This document shows, in pieces, positions 1 to 9,895 of a DNA stretch of 64,000 bases (position 1 is its first letter; the number at the start of each line of letters is the position of its first letter). The position numbers were made by a program, and so were the translations under genes. The DNA is from Terriglobales bacterium (GTDB lineage Bacteria; Acidobacteriota; Terriglobia; Terriglobales; Acidobacteriaceae): positions 50,382 to 114,381 of the forward strand of contig JBEKPH010000006.1 of the NCBI GenBank assembly GCA_049520915.1, written 5' to 3'. The notes under the pieces are model-generated. The model was given only the letters and a program-made list of their open reading frames with translations, had not been told where the DNA came from and did not search any database.

Positions 1-884
1 TTATACCCGATGTAGGAAAAGGCATAGGCGCCGCCGGACGGATCGTAAAGGAGCATCGCATCCGTGCCGAGAGCGCGCTGACGACCGAAGGTCAGCGTGC
101 CGAAATGCGTGGACGATATTCCGGCATAGTATTCGTCATTGAAGGGTTGGCCCGCGCGTGCGCCGTCGATGGCGAACGAATAACTGCTCCTGGGAAGGCC
201 GTTGTTGGCGATCTGGGTGGCCGACGCGTTGGCGAGCAGGCCTGACTGCGGATTGATGCCAGTGGACGCGTTGAACACAACGGACCAGCCAGGCAGAAAC
301 TCCTCCTTGCCCCGGATGCCCAGACCCGTCTGCTGTAGGTTGTTCGGTGCAACAACAAATCGATGTTGATAGCCGTTTCGGTTCACCAGAGATTCGCCTT
401 CATAGTTATAGCCGTTTTCCGGTAGGCCATGGCTGACCCAGCCGACGCCGACGTCATACGCACCGTACAGCGTGATGCCGTGCCAGGTCAGCGTGCAGTC
501 GGTGGTGGCGAACTCGTGGCCGCTCGCGCACGCGTCGGGAGTGCCGGCGAGCGTCTTCCGCTGCATCTTAATGTCGACCGTAGCGTCCTGGCCAACCGCC
601 AAGCTGATTCCGGTGCGCGTTTCGTCGGCAAACCCTAGTTTTGCCGCACGAATCTCGAAGCGCCCCAGAGGCAAGCCGGACACCTGAAAGTGTCCGCCGC
701 CGTCGGTTGTGATCGTGCGCGTTGCACCTGTGTCGAAGTTCTTGACTGTCACCGCGACATCGCGAAGAGCTGCGCCGGTTTGGTCCGTCACGACGCCGGA
801 AAGGCTCGCTCCCGTTTGGGCCCACGCCGAGAATGAAGAAAGCAAGGAAACAACCGCTGCGACAAACAGGTAAGCCTTACGCAT
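1..884 (-). CDS. Outer-membrane protein: signal peptide + carboxypeptidase-regulatory-like domain fused to a Gram-negative porin-type barrel (3' end lies beyond the window)
   Basis: Absent from the ORF track because it runs off the window. My minus-strand translation from ATG 884: MRKAYLFVAAVVSLLSSFSAWAQ (signal), then TGASLSGVVTDQTGAALRDVAVTVKNFDTGATRTITTDGGGHFQVSGLPLGRFEIRAAKLGF (CarboxypepD_reg-like), then ITLYGAYDVGVGW...NNLQQTGLGIRGKEEF (porin-like). The frame stays open to nt 1. Confidence 0.6.
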   Translation of the reverse strand, partial: MRKAYLFVAAVVSLLSSFSAWAQTGASLSGVVTDQTGAALRDVAVTVKNFDTGATRTITTDGGGHFQVSGLPLGRFEIRAAKLGFADETRTGISLAVGQDATVDIKMQRKTLAGTPDACASGHEFATTDCTLTWHGITLYGAYDVGVGWVSHGLPENGYNYEGESLVNRNGYQHRFVVAPNNLQQTGLGIRGKEEFLPGWSVVFNASTGINPQSGLLANASATQIANNGLPRSSYSFAIDGARAGQPFNDEYYAGISSTHFGTLTFGRQRALGTDAMLLYDPSGGAYAFSYIGY

Positions 885-1055
885 TGCGACCTCGAAAATC
901 ACTCGTCTGGGACAGAAGCCGAAAGTGTACATTAGATACGATTCTATTGTCCATAAATGTATGATATGGTCCGTTTTGCAATGAGCCAATGGACTAACTT
1001 ATGCGGACGCGATGGAGTTGACGAGGAATTTCCTTGTCGTTACGATTGCGTCGCG

Positions 1056-1496
1056 ATGCAGAAGAACGGCAAATCCGAAGGGAATATTGAAGGCCTGCTG
1101 AAGCTTCGAGAGGCAGCCTTGCAACTGGGGGTCAGCTTTCCAACGATTAAGCAGTGGATTTACAAGAAGAAGATTCGCAGCAATCAGACGGTGGGAGGAC
1201 ATCATCGTATCCCGCAGAGCGAAGTGGACAGATTGCTTTTCAGAACCCGTGGCAAGACCGAGCAGCAACGCAAAAAAGAAATCCGGCGCGTGAGTGGTCG
1301 CAATCAGCTAGTAGGACGAATTGAGTCCGTGCAGATTAGCGGTTTGATGGCTGAGGTCAGGGTTTCAATCGGAGGTCAGCAAATCACGTCGATCATCACT
1401 GCCCGCTCCGCCAGAGAAATGCAGCTCAAGCGGGGACAGACTGCCGCAGCCCTCGTAAAGGCTACCGAAGTAATGATCTTGCGGGTTGACTCATGA
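1056..1496 (+). CDS. Excisionase/MerR-type HTH + Mop/TOBE (molybdate-binding) domain regulator
   Basis: Track ORF 957..1496; likely start is ATG 1056 (MQKNGK). LREAALQLGVSFPTIKQWIYKKKI..GGHHRIPQSEV is an excisionase-type HTH. SGRNQLVGRIESVQISGLMAEVRVSIGGQQITSIIT...ATEVMIL is a Mop/TOBE fold signature. Confidence 0.7.
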   Translation: MQKNGKSEGNIEGLLKLREAALQLGVSFPTIKQWIYKKKIRSNQTVGGHHRIPQSEVDRLLFRTRGKTEQQRKKEIRRVSGRNQLVGRIESVQISGLMAEVRVSIGGQQITSIITARSAREMQLKRGQTAAALVKATEVMILRVDS

Positions 1497-1576
1497 AGAA
1501 CCGACCGTTTCCACACGTGCGAATCGTTCTGCTGCTGGATACAGGGCCGGTCGACGACTGCCCAGGAACGCGAGCC

Positions 1577-3040
1577 TTAAAGGCCCTTGGTCTGGTATTG
1601 CAGGATCGCCAGAGCGAGGTTGTAGTCATAGCCCGCTTGCGCATCCGTAATTTGAGCCTGCGTCTGCTGCAGTTGCGCCTGGCTTAGTTCGACAATCGAA
1701 CTCAAACCCAGTTTATAGCGGGCCTGCGCAAGCTTTAGTGCCAGATTTGATTGCTCCAACAACTGCCGCGTAACCGACAAGCGTTCGTAAGCGTTGCTTG
1801 CGTTCAGCCAGCTTGTACGTACATCCCGTGAGACTCGGTTTTCGATGTCGCGAACGCGCTCTTCGGCGGCTTGGGCTCTTAGCCCCGCTTCACGCGCACG
1901 CGCGGAATATAAGAAGCCGTTGAACACCGGAATATTCACGTCAACGCCCACCGCCCCATACCAGCTTGATATAACCGGATCTCGGACTGGGGCCTCGCCC
2001 ACGACACCCATCGCGTGTATATCGGGGAAGAACAAATCCCGTTCCGCACTGTGGAACTTCTTTGCCGACTCAGACTGAAACTGCAGCGAAAGAATCTCAG
2101 GCCGATCGGCGAAGGCAGTCGCAATCAGATCGTCGACGTTTCCTGGAGGTGGCGCCACCGCTTCGGCATCCTCGATGAGCTGAAAGCTTTGCAAATTGCG
2201 AAATCCAAGAACCTCCGACAACGTCGCCAGCGCTGCGTTCTCGTTGTTTTGTGCGTCGAGGAGCAACAGCTTTGCTTGGGCCAGGTTAACGCTGGCGAAA
2301 CTGAAGTCGAGCTCGGACTTCAATTTGTTCTTGTAGAGCGCGCCCACCTGGTCGGCAACCGTTTGCCGGTCAGCCACTGTCCGTTGCGCCACAGCCAGAA
2401 CAGCCTGGCTTTGCAATGCGTTGTAAAACGCTTGATCGACTGCCAGTAAAATTTGTTCCTTGGTCGCAGCGGCATTCTGATTCTCCGCTTGGGCGTTTAG
2501 GCTCGCGCTCGCGATCAGGTTTTTTGTCCGGCCGAAGTCAGTCAGCAACTGGCTCACTGAAGCTCCCGCGGCGGCGCGCGGATATACGGTTGGATTGTTT
2601 AGAGCCCCAGCCGAAATCCGCGATCCCGGATCGGAATCGACCCCTGTAAGGTCGATGCTTGCGGTCGGCCACAAGTTCGACCGCACCTGTCGTGTCACCT
2701 GCTGCGAGGCCAGCGCCGTCAAACGAGCTACCGAAATCAAAGGATTATTTTTCAACGCCAACGCCTGAGCTTCTTTAAGAGAAAGCGGTGTCGGTGCTGC
2801 GCCGTTGCCTGCACTAGTCGAGTTTTGCGCGCCAGCAACGGGACCGCTCAGGACTGCTGGAGAGGTTCTCTGTTGAGGCATCGGGGCAGTTGGCAAACTG
2901 GAGGGCGTGTCCGAAGAAGAGGTAGCCTGCGCCAGTCCGAAGGTCGGAACCAGCAAAGCAAGCCAGACCGCCAACACTGTCTTGATTCGATGGAATGCCG
3001 ACTTACTCGCGGTTTGTTTCGCCCTCAGCTTAAATCTCAC
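1577..3040 (-). CDS. TolC-like outer membrane efflux protein (OEP family)
   Basis: 487-aa ORF with a signal peptide and two coiled repeats typical of OEP/TolC (LSLKEAQALALKNNP..., RAQAAEERVRD...). Its 5' end overlaps the stop of the RND permease gene by 4 nt. Confidence 0.85.
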   Translation of the reverse strand: MRFKLRAKQTASKSAFHRIKTVLAVWLALLVPTFGLAQATSSSDTPSSLPTAPMPQQRTSPAVLSGPVAGAQNSTSAGNGAAPTPLSLKEAQALALKNNPLISVARLTALASQQVTRQVRSNLWPTASIDLTGVDSDPGSRISAGALNNPTVYPRAAAGASVSQLLTDFGRTKNLIASASLNAQAENQNAAATKEQILLAVDQAFYNALQSQAVLAVAQRTVADRQTVADQVGALYKNKLKSELDFSFASVNLAQAKLLLLDAQNNENAALATLSEVLGFRNLQSFQLIEDAEAVAPPPGNVDDLIATAFADRPEILSLQFQSESAKKFHSAERDLFFPDIHAMGVVGEAPVRDPVISSWYGAVGVDVNIPVFNGFLYSARAREAGLRAQAAEERVRDIENRVSRDVRTSWLNASNAYERLSVTRQLLEQSNLALKLAQARYKLGLSSIVELSQAQLQQTQAQITDAQAGYDYNLALAILQYQTKGL

Positions 3041-6000
3041 AGTTGCACCACAGCCGGCTTGTTGCGATACACAAGCATGTAAGCTGCAGGTACGATGAAG
3101 ACTGTGAGCGTTACAGATGCCGTCAATCCCCCGATAATCGCTCTCGCCATGGGCGCATACTGCTCGGCCCCCGTACCAAGCTTGATTGCCATGGGGATCA
3201 TCCCAATAATGGTTGCTAACGATGTCATCAGGATAGGTCGCAATCGTACTCTACAGGCGGTTATAACCGCCTCTTCGACGCTCTTACCCTGTTCTTCAAG
3301 GCGATGAGCGAAGTCAACGATCAGAATGCTATTCGACGCCGAGATGCCTACCAGCATCAGCACACCCATCAGCGACATCACGTTCAACGTCGTACCGGTC
3401 AGCGGCAAGATAATCAGTACGCCGATCAAGGCCATCGGAATCGCCAGCATGATGAGGAACGGATCTTTAAACGACTTGAACTGCGCTACGAGGATGAGGT
3501 AAAGCAGAACCGCAGATAGCGACAGGCCGAGGGCGAAACTGCGGAAGGAGGCATTCATCCCCAGCGCCATACCGCGTAGGTTAATGCGGACGTTGTCCGG
3601 AACCTTCAGTTTTGGGATGATGCGGCCGACTTCAGCCGATACTTTCCCTAAGTCTTCGCTTGCTGGCGTTACATACACATCTGTTACGCGCTGCACCTGA
3701 TAGTGATCGACTTCCGTCGGCGTCTCAACGTTTTCAACCTTCACTACCGCATCGAGCGTGGTTGGCTGTCTAAGTCCTGGTGCATGGATCGGAATATTCG
3801 TCAGATCCGCGAAGTTTTGAATCGCGGCCCGGCCCTTTTCGAAATATTGCACCGTCAGAAAGTAATCGTTGCCACTCTTGCGATCGACCCAGTAGTTGGG
3901 CGCGATCATCGAGTTTGAATTCAGCGCCGTGATGACGTTGTCCACAACGTCTTTTTGGGTCAGCCCGAGTTCAGCGGCGTGCACCCGATCCACGTTCAGC
4001 CGCAAAGTCGGATAATTCAGATCTTGCGGAATGTATACCTCTCCTACTCCCTTGAGGCTCCGAATCTGGTTGGCCAACTCCTGCGCAAGCGCATATGTCT
4101 CATGGAGGTCGGGACTGCTCACCTGAACGTCGATTGGTGCCGGCATTCCCATATTCAACACCGCATCCACCATCGAACCGCTGGAGAAGAACGTGCGGAT
4201 ATCGGGGAACTGCTGAGCCATTTTCTTGCGCACAAGATCCATGTACTCGAAGCTGCTGCGACTATGGGAATCTTGCAACGCAACCTGCACCGTTGCCGTG
4301 TAAGGGCCAGCGTTGTTGGTGTAGAGCGCCGAAAAATCGGGTACGACCCCCAGGTTGGACACGATCATTTTCATATCTGTAGGACTCACAGTGTTTCGGA
4401 TCAGATCTTCCACCTTCGCTACATACTGTTCCGTAACCTCCAGACGGGTGCCGGTCGGGACCTTCAAATTCACCGTGAACTGACCCGCATCAGTTTGGGG
4501 AAAAAATGCGAGGCCGAGGAAGGGATAGATCGCGAGGCTAGCGACAAACACACCCGCCAGAATCGCCACCGTCACTGCAGGACGGACCAGCGCTCTCCGC
4601 ACCCAGTATTCGTAATAGTCGAGCACGCGATTGAATCCGCGATTGAAGCGGGCGTTGAAGCGTTCCGCCCATGGTTTGTCGATCGCGTAGGTCGGTTCGA
4701 CTTCGTATTCGCCCTCCTTGTTGTGCCCAGTGTTCTTACCTGCCTCATGCACAGGAGCCTTCAGGAAGCGGGCACAGAACAGCGGAATGACCGTCATCGC
4801 CACTACGAACGAAGCAACGAGTGACAAGCAGAAAGACAGTGCGAGCGAAGAGAATAGGAACTTGCTCACTCCATACAAAAAGGTAACGGGCAAGAAATCA
4901 ACCACATCTACCAGGGTTGCCGCCAGCACCGCGAGACTCACTTCCGCTCCTCCAATTTCAGCAGCGACCGCGGGCAGGGCTCCCATCTCAAGATGGCGAT
5001 AAATGTTTTCGAGCGAGATGACCGAATTATCGATCACTCGTGAGAAAGCCAGCGCCAATCCTCCAAGAATCATCGTGTTGATCGTGCTTCCCCCAAGGTA
5101 GAGAAAGACGAATGTAGCCAGCGCGGAAAGCGGAATCGACAGGAATACCGCGGTAGTCGCGCGAAAGCTTCCGAGGAAGATCAGGATCATCACACTGGTC
5201 AGAATCAGACCAATCACCCCTTCGTGCAGCAGGGTCTTGATCGCTTCTTTCACATACGCTGATTGGTCGAAGACGACTGTCGCCTTAAGCTGCTTTGGGA
5301 TGTCAAAGAGATGCTTGATCGCCTCGCGTATCCCATTCACCACCGCAATCGTGTTCGTGTCACCACCCTGCTTCATGATGGGCAGATAGACAGACCGTTG
5401 TCCATCGACCCGCACCAGGTTGTATTGAATTTGATTCGCGTCTTCCGCTTTGCCAATGTCGTTGATCGTCACCCAGGAATTCCCAACCGTCTTAATGGGA
5501 ACCTTACCGAGTTCGTCCATATTCTTGACCAGGCTGTTGGAGTAGACGTAATAGTCGTCGGGCCCGATTTTGACATCCCCGGCAGGCAAGATTAGGTTCG
5601 AATCGTTCACGGCATTTACGACGTCCATGGGGCTGAGTTGCCGCGATGCCAGTTTGTAGGGATCGACGTACACCATGATCTGGCGGTACTTACCACCAAA
5701 GGGAGGTGGGATCTCAGCGCCGGGGACGACGGCAATCTGATTGCGGATTGTGAATTGCCCAATATCGTGAATCTGAGTCTGACTCAGTCCTTGGCCTTTC
5801 AGAGTTACAAGGCAAACCGGCAAACTGGAGGCATCGAATTTGAGCACCACAGGCGGCAGCGTGCCTGGCGGCAAGCGCTTCAAATCGGCCAAGGCAAGAT
5901 TCGACAGTTGAGTTACATCGGCGTCAGCATTGGTACCTGGCTGGAAGTAAATCTTGATGATGCTTACGCCCAGCAGCGATCGCGATTCCATGTGATCGAT

Positions 6001-6222
6001 TCCGCTGGCCAACGTAAAGAATCGCTCTAAAGGATCGGTAATATCCGTCTCGATGTCTTCGGGGGGCATGCCGGAATAAAACGTGGCGACGACCACTTCC
6101 GGAAGATTGATGGTGGGGAATAGATCGACTGGCATGCGGGCCAAACTAGTCACTCCCAGCACGACCAGCGCGAGACAAACCACCACGACAAAATAGGGAT
6201 TGCGAATTGAAAAACCTGACAT
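3037..6222 (-). CDS. RND efflux transporter permease (AcrB/HAE family)
   Basis: 1,061 aa. N-terminus MSGFSIRNPYFVVVVCLALVVLG, 12-TM organisation and VIDNSVISLENIYRH / ILIVDFA motifs are typical of ACR_tran proteins. Confidence 0.95.
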   Translation of the reverse strand: MSGFSIRNPYFVVVVCLALVVLGVTSLARMPVDLFPTINLPEVVVATFYSGMPPEDIETDITDPLERFFTLASGIDHMESRSLLGVSIIKIYFQPGTNADADVTQLSNLALADLKRLPPGTLPPVVLKFDASSLPVCLVTLKGQGLSQTQIHDIGQFTIRNQIAVVPGAEIPPPFGGKYRQIMVYVDPYKLASRQLSPMDVVNAVNDSNLILPAGDVKIGPDDYYVYSNSLVKNMDELGKVPIKTVGNSWVTINDIGKAEDANQIQYNLVRVDGQRSVYLPIMKQGGDTNTIAVVNGIREAIKHLFDIPKQLKATVVFDQSAYVKEAIKTLLHEGVIGLILTSVMILIFLGSFRATTAVFLSIPLSALATFVFLYLGGSTINTMILGGLALAFSRVIDNSVISLENIYRHLEMGALPAVAAEIGGAEVSLAVLAATLVDVVDFLPVTFLYGVSKFLFSSLALSFCLSLVASFVVAMTVIPLFCARFLKAPVHEAGKNTGHNKEGEYEVEPTYAIDKPWAERFNARFNRGFNRVLDYYEYWVRRALVRPAVTVAILAGVFVASLAIYPFLGLAFFPQTDAGQFTVNLKVPTGTRLEVTEQYVAKVEDLIRNTVSPTDMKMIVSNLGVVPDFSALYTNNAGPYTATVQVALQDSHSRSSFEYMDLVRKKMAQQFPDIRTFFSSGSMVDAVLNMGMPAPIDVQVSSPDLHETYALAQELANQIRSLKGVGEVYIPQDLNYPTLRLNVDRVHAAELGLTQKDVVDNVITALNSNSMIAPNYWVDRKSGNDYFLTVQYFEKGRAAIQNFADLTNIPIHAPGLRQPTTLDAVVKVENVETPTEVDHYQVQRVTDVYVTPASEDLGKVSAEVGRIIPKLKVPDNVRINLRGMALGMNASFRSFALGLSLSAVLLYLILVAQFKSFKDPFLIMLAIPMALIGVLIILPLTGTTLNVMSLMGVLMLVGISASNSILIVDFAHRLEEQGKSVEEAVITACRVRLRPILMTSLATIIGMIPMAIKLGTGAEQYAPMARAIIGGLTASVTLTVFIVPAAYMLVYRNKPAVVQL

Positions 6223-6306
6223 GTTATCTCAATCTCACCTGACCAACCTCAGTCCGCGGGTCTGTTCCGCTATTCACCCACGTCGAGCAGTATTGTTTAC
6301 CGCACC

Positions 6307-7581
6307 TTAGTCCGTATCTTTGTCGTGATACTGCATAACCTGCACCAGTTGAGGATGCACTTGCTCTCCCGGTTTCAGTCCACTTCGATCACTCACAACA
6401 ACTTCTTCACCTTCGTTTAGACCGGCAACCACCTCCGCGTCATTTGCTGTCTGTATTCCCAGGGTTATCGGACGATCCTCAATCACTCCATTAGCATTGA
6501 CCACGTAAACAGAAACCTTCCCCTCTTCGTGGTTCACTGCCACCAGGGGCACAGTGGGAATATCTTCCTTATGTTCGAGCGTCAAATCGGCATCGGCATA
6601 CAACCCCGGCATCAACAGACGATTGGGATTCGCCACATCAACTTCCGTATGCATCGTTCGCGTATCTTCTTTCACATCGACCGCAAAGCGAGCTACTTTC
6701 CCAGGGAAAGTCTGATTGAGCGAGGGCACACGAACATTGACGGGGTCACCAACCTTGATAAAGCGAACGTAAGACTCCGGAACCGGAATCACCAACCGGA
6801 AAAGATCGTCTTCAGACAGTTTGACGATGGGAGCTGCCTGCGAGCCTGTCCCCGCTTGTACGAGAGTGCCGAGATTGGCGTAGCGCTCGGTGACGACTCC
6901 CGGGAAAGGCGCAGTGATTTTCGAGTAGTCAAACAAACTCTGATCGTGAACCAGTTTTGCCCTGGTCACGGACAATTGGCTTTGGGCCGCCTCTAACGCC
7001 GACTGACCGGCGTCGGCTTGGGACGACGCAGCCAGGTCTTTGCCTTGTGCATCGTCTACCTCTTGTTGCGCAACAATTCCTGGCTGTGTTTGCGATACAT
7101 CATTCAGGCGTGTGTACTGCAAGTGGAGAGCGTTGTATTGCGCCTTGTAGCGGCTCAATTCGTGCTCAGCCCGCGTGACCTGATTCATGGCATTCTTAAT
7201 TCCAGCCTGGTCTTCCTGGAGTTGCGCTTGTAACTCTGGTATTTCAAGAATCGCCATTACTTCGCCGGCTTTGACATGAGTGCCATAGTCGACCATGAGT
7301 TTCTTAATGAATCCAGACTCTTTGGCGTAAACGTCGATCTCTTGAAAGGGCACCAATTCTGAGGAAAGTGTGATGTCATGTCCGAGCGACTTGCGAACGA
7401 CCTTAGTCACGCCGACTCCAACAGCGGGGGCGCTTGCATGAACAGCGTTGTCTCCATCCTTGGAGCAAGCGCCCGTGCTCAACGTTATAAGAATTGCAAG
7501 CGTGACAAGCGATCCGGAAGCGGCTTTCGGTAATCTTGTGCTGTGTTTCTTCATTCCAGTAAAACCAAATTTGTTCTTCAT
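6307..7581 (-). CDS. RND efflux periplasmic adaptor (MFP/HlyD family) lipoprotein
   Basis: Track ORF 6307..7659. The upstream gene ends at 7649, so the start is more likely ATG 7581 or 7554 (MKKHSTRLPKAASGSLVTLAILITLSTGAC lipobox). Contains coiled-coil hairpin and barrel-sandwich motifs (ITAPFPGVV, VIPVPESYV). Confidence 0.9.
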   Translation of the reverse strand: MKNKFGFTGMKKHSTRLPKAASGSLVTLAILITLSTGACSKDGDNAVHASAPAVGVGVTKVVRKSLGHDITLSSELVPFQEIDVYAKESGFIKKLMVDYGTHVKAGEVMAILEIPELQAQLQEDQAGIKNAMNQVTRAEHELSRYKAQYNALHLQYTRLNDVSQTQPGIVAQQEVDDAQGKDLAASSQADAGQSALEAAQSQLSVTRAKLVHDQSLFDYSKITAPFPGVVTERYANLGTLVQAGTGSQAAPIVKLSEDDLFRLVIPVPESYVRFIKVGDPVNVRVPSLNQTFPGKVARFAVDVKEDTRTMHTEVDVANPNRLLMPGLYADADLTLEHKEDIPTVPLVAVNHEEGKVSVYVVNANGVIEDRPITLGIQTANDAEVVAGLNEGEEVVVSDRSGLKPGEQVHPQLVQVMQYHDKDTD

Positions 7582-7648
7582 CGAGCTGTTTGCTGGCATT
7601 CTCGCTCGTCGGGCGCCTGCGGCGTCGCGCAATATCGTACAAATCGCG

Positions 7649-8362
7649 TTACTCGTCATGCGTCACCGCCATAATTTCGTTCAACCCCGCAACCGAAAAG
7701 GAACTCGACCGGCAAAAGTCGATGACCGTCTTTTCATGCTGATGCAGTTTCGCAGCAACCGCCGGAATCTTGGATGCCAGTCCCTTGGGAACCGTCAAGA
7801 CTCCGTGACGGTCGCCATGCAATAAGTCTCCGGACCCAATTTCCATTCCGCCCACGCGTACCGTCGCTCCAAGATCGAAAGTGTGGGCGTAGGCATGCGA
7901 TACGGCAACGGCTCCGGCAAACAACTGGAGCCCCATGGCCCGCACCGCGGGGAGTTCTCGAACCGCGCCATTGGTGACGTACCCGATGCACCCCAAGGCT
8001 TTTAGGATGGCGGCGTGCATATCGCCGATGAACGCGCCACGCCCCGGCGGCCTGTCCATGTCTTCCAAGACCAAAATCCGTGGTGCCGGTGACTTCAGCA
8101 CGCTGTTCCAAAAGTCGCCTCTATCGTGGAACGCACCTCCTCCCATCGGTGGCTCGCCGCTTCGCAAACGCGCGGTCACCGCGTACCCCACCATGGGAGG
8201 AGGCATGTTGTCTTCCTGAAATACACACCGGACACTGTCATCGGTAAATCCAGTGTTCCGAAGCCTGGCACCAAACATCTCGATGGCGTTCGACACCATG
8301 CATGTGTCAAACGCGCGCAGAGCCTCAATATCCTTTTCAGAGAGAACTGACTCGACAGCCAT
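7649..8362 (-). CDS. RraA family protein (RraA / 4-hydroxy-4-methyl-2-oxoglutarate aldolase-like)
   Basis: GDMHAAILKALGCIGYVTNGAVRELPAVRAMGLQLFAGAVAVSH...GDLLHGDRHGVLTVP matches the RraA-like fold. Start chosen at internal ATG 8362 (MAVESVL); the track start 8425 is possible. Confidence 0.7.
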   Translation of the reverse strand: MAVESVLSEKDIEALRAFDTCMVSNAIEMFGARLRNTGFTDDSVRCVFQEDNMPPPMVGYAVTARLRSGEPPMGGGAFHDRGDFWNSVLKSPAPRILVLEDMDRPPGRGAFIGDMHAAILKALGCIGYVTNGAVRELPAVRAMGLQLFAGAVAVSHAYAHTFDLGATVRVGGMEIGSGDLLHGDRHGVLTVPKGLASKIPAVAAKLHQHEKTVIDFCRSSSFSVAGLNEIMAVTHDE

Positions 8363-8402
8363 GCACGTTTCCTTTCCCGCAACCTGACTCACAACGTATG
8401 GG

Positions 8403-8801
8403 CTACTTATCTGGACTGCAGGCATTCCCTGAAGCCGGGTCGTGCCGCACGATCCTCAATTTCACGTCTCCATTTCCGGGAACTTTGACGAAGAGGAAAT
8501 TCTTCTGTGGACTTACTTCAACTGGCTGATCTAGCGCAAACACGGTGGGCATGTAGTCAATCGCCGATTTGTAGCGACCGAGATAGACGACGCAGTTCAG
8601 ACGTATGGAAACATTTGCGTCAAATTCGGTCAACGCGTCGGGCGCGTCCGTCACTTTGCGGTGAAGCGTAGTGGCAGGATCGTGGTTCTCGACGCTGACC
8701 ACAACTGCTTTCTGATATTGCCGGGTTGAGGCGTTCAACGGGACGGCAGATCCGCTGAAAATGAGCAGGGAGCAGATTACCGAAACGAAGTGTTTTCGCA
8801 C
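8403..8801 (-). CDS. Small secreted protein of unknown function (paralogue A)
   Basis: GTG start preceded by GGAGG. Signal peptide MRKHFVSVICSLLIFSGSAVPLNA. Shares VVSVExH...DAP...IxIRxxCxVYxxxYxSAIDYxPxVF with the next gene. Confidence 0.55.
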   Translation of the reverse strand: MRKHFVSVICSLLIFSGSAVPLNASTRQYQKAVVVSVENHDPATTLHRKVTDAPDALTEFDANVSIRLNCVVYLGRYKSAIDYMPTVFALDQPVEVSPQKNFLFVKVPGNGDVKLRIVRHDPASGNACSPDK

Positions 8802-8906
8802 GATACCTCCAGGTAAGGACAGGTTTCAGATACGCCGAATCGACGCATCGGTAAAAGGAAACCGGTGTGGCGGGAGTACGTCTCGCCACGCCCGAAGAAC
8901 GAAGAG

Positions 8907-9308
8907 CTAATTGCCCGCCGCACAGGCCGGATCTTGCACTCCGTGATGTCCATCAATCGGCATCCGCACTTCGCGATATCCAGGAATGTTGACATTCATG
9001 ACGTGCTTGCGCAGATTCACTCGGATGGGATGATGGGCAGTGAAAACCGCCGGCAGATAGTCGATCGCTGAATCGTACTGGGTGCGATAGACGGTGCAGC
9101 CAACCCGTATGCCGATATCGTAGGAATAGACCTCCGATTGCATCGGCGCATCCGAAGGATTGCTACCGAGATAGTTACTGGGCGCCGCTTCGTGGCTCTC
9201 CACACTAACCACCGTTCCAGACCAATAATCGGTCGGTTTAAGAGAGGCGAAGGCGTTTACCGCCGACATCGTGCCGACGAGAATAACAAGCGCGAGAATT
9301 TTGTTCAT
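8907..9308 (-). CDS. Small secreted protein of unknown function (paralogue B)
   Basis: Internal ATG 9308 preceded by GGAGGAG. Signal peptide MNKILALVILVGTMSAVNAFA. Same conserved core as 8403..8801. Confidence 0.6.
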   Translation of the reverse strand: MNKILALVILVGTMSAVNAFASLKPTDYWSGTVVSVESHEAAPSNYLGSNPSDAPMQSEVYSYDIGIRVGCTVYRTQYDSAIDYLPAVFTAHHPIRVNLRKHVMNVNIPGYREVRMPIDGHHGVQDPACAAGN

Positions 9309-9541
9309 ATCTCCTCCCGGAGAAGGCACTATGCAGTGCCTGATCGGTGGAGTTATCGAAGCGTAGCCATAGGCTGACGCTTTCGAGAACTCGATTCGCG
9401 GGGTATTCAATCGGTACGCACTCGAAACATCCGTTCGGGCCCAACTCAAGACGGATATACCCTAAGTCGATTTGAGTTCCACGCGTGGGATCAAATGGCT
9501 TGAGCTAGTTTCAGGAAGCAGGATTGAATGAAAATCGCGAG

Positions 9542-9895
9542 TCAACAGGAGGATGGAGGGGGGCGATTATAGAGCCAGCTCTCAGAATTGAGATTGGTTG
9601 GTGGGACAACGACTGAAACCGCAAAAACAGCAGATCGAGGCGGTTGATAGAAAGTGAAACTGGGAGCGGGAGCCGTCCATTGCAGCCCGTTGCCCAAAAG
9701 GTGTTGCCGCTTGGCGTCGGGGACTTGAGATTTTACCGCCGTAACTTTCTGAACATCCGGCCCCGAATCCGGACCTAACGCCGTGTAACGCGTCGCCACA
9801 CTTCCCGTGAGGGAACAGATGGCTAACAGAACAATCGCAACCCGGAATCGATTCGCGAAACCTGTTGCTAGACGGGATGTCCGCAGTGTGCGCAT
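9542..9895 (-). CDS. Hypothetical secreted/membrane-anchored protein
   Basis: ORF with MRTLRTSRLATGFANRFRVAIVLLAICSLTG signal-like N-terminus. No recognisable domain. Confidence 0.3.
   Translation of the reverse strand: MRTLRTSRLATGFANRFRVAIVLLAICSLTGSVATRYTALGPDSGPDVQKVTAVKSQVPDAKRQHLLGNGLQWTAPAPSFTFYQPPRSAVFAVSVVVPPTNLNSESWLYNRPPPSSC

Noticed and set aside
3955-4824. Long alternate-strand or alternate-frame ORFs in the track lying inside strong genes (for example 3955..4824+, 12558..13256-, 14913..15596+, 18642..19415+, 19812..20513+, 35520..36248+, 40999..41508+, 57516..58094-).
   Set aside because: Each lies entirely within a gene with clear family motifs on the other strand or frame. 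Their translations are Arg/Pro/Gly/His-rich low-complexity strings typical of spurious ORFs in GC-rich DNA. None has an SD, signal peptide or domain motif.
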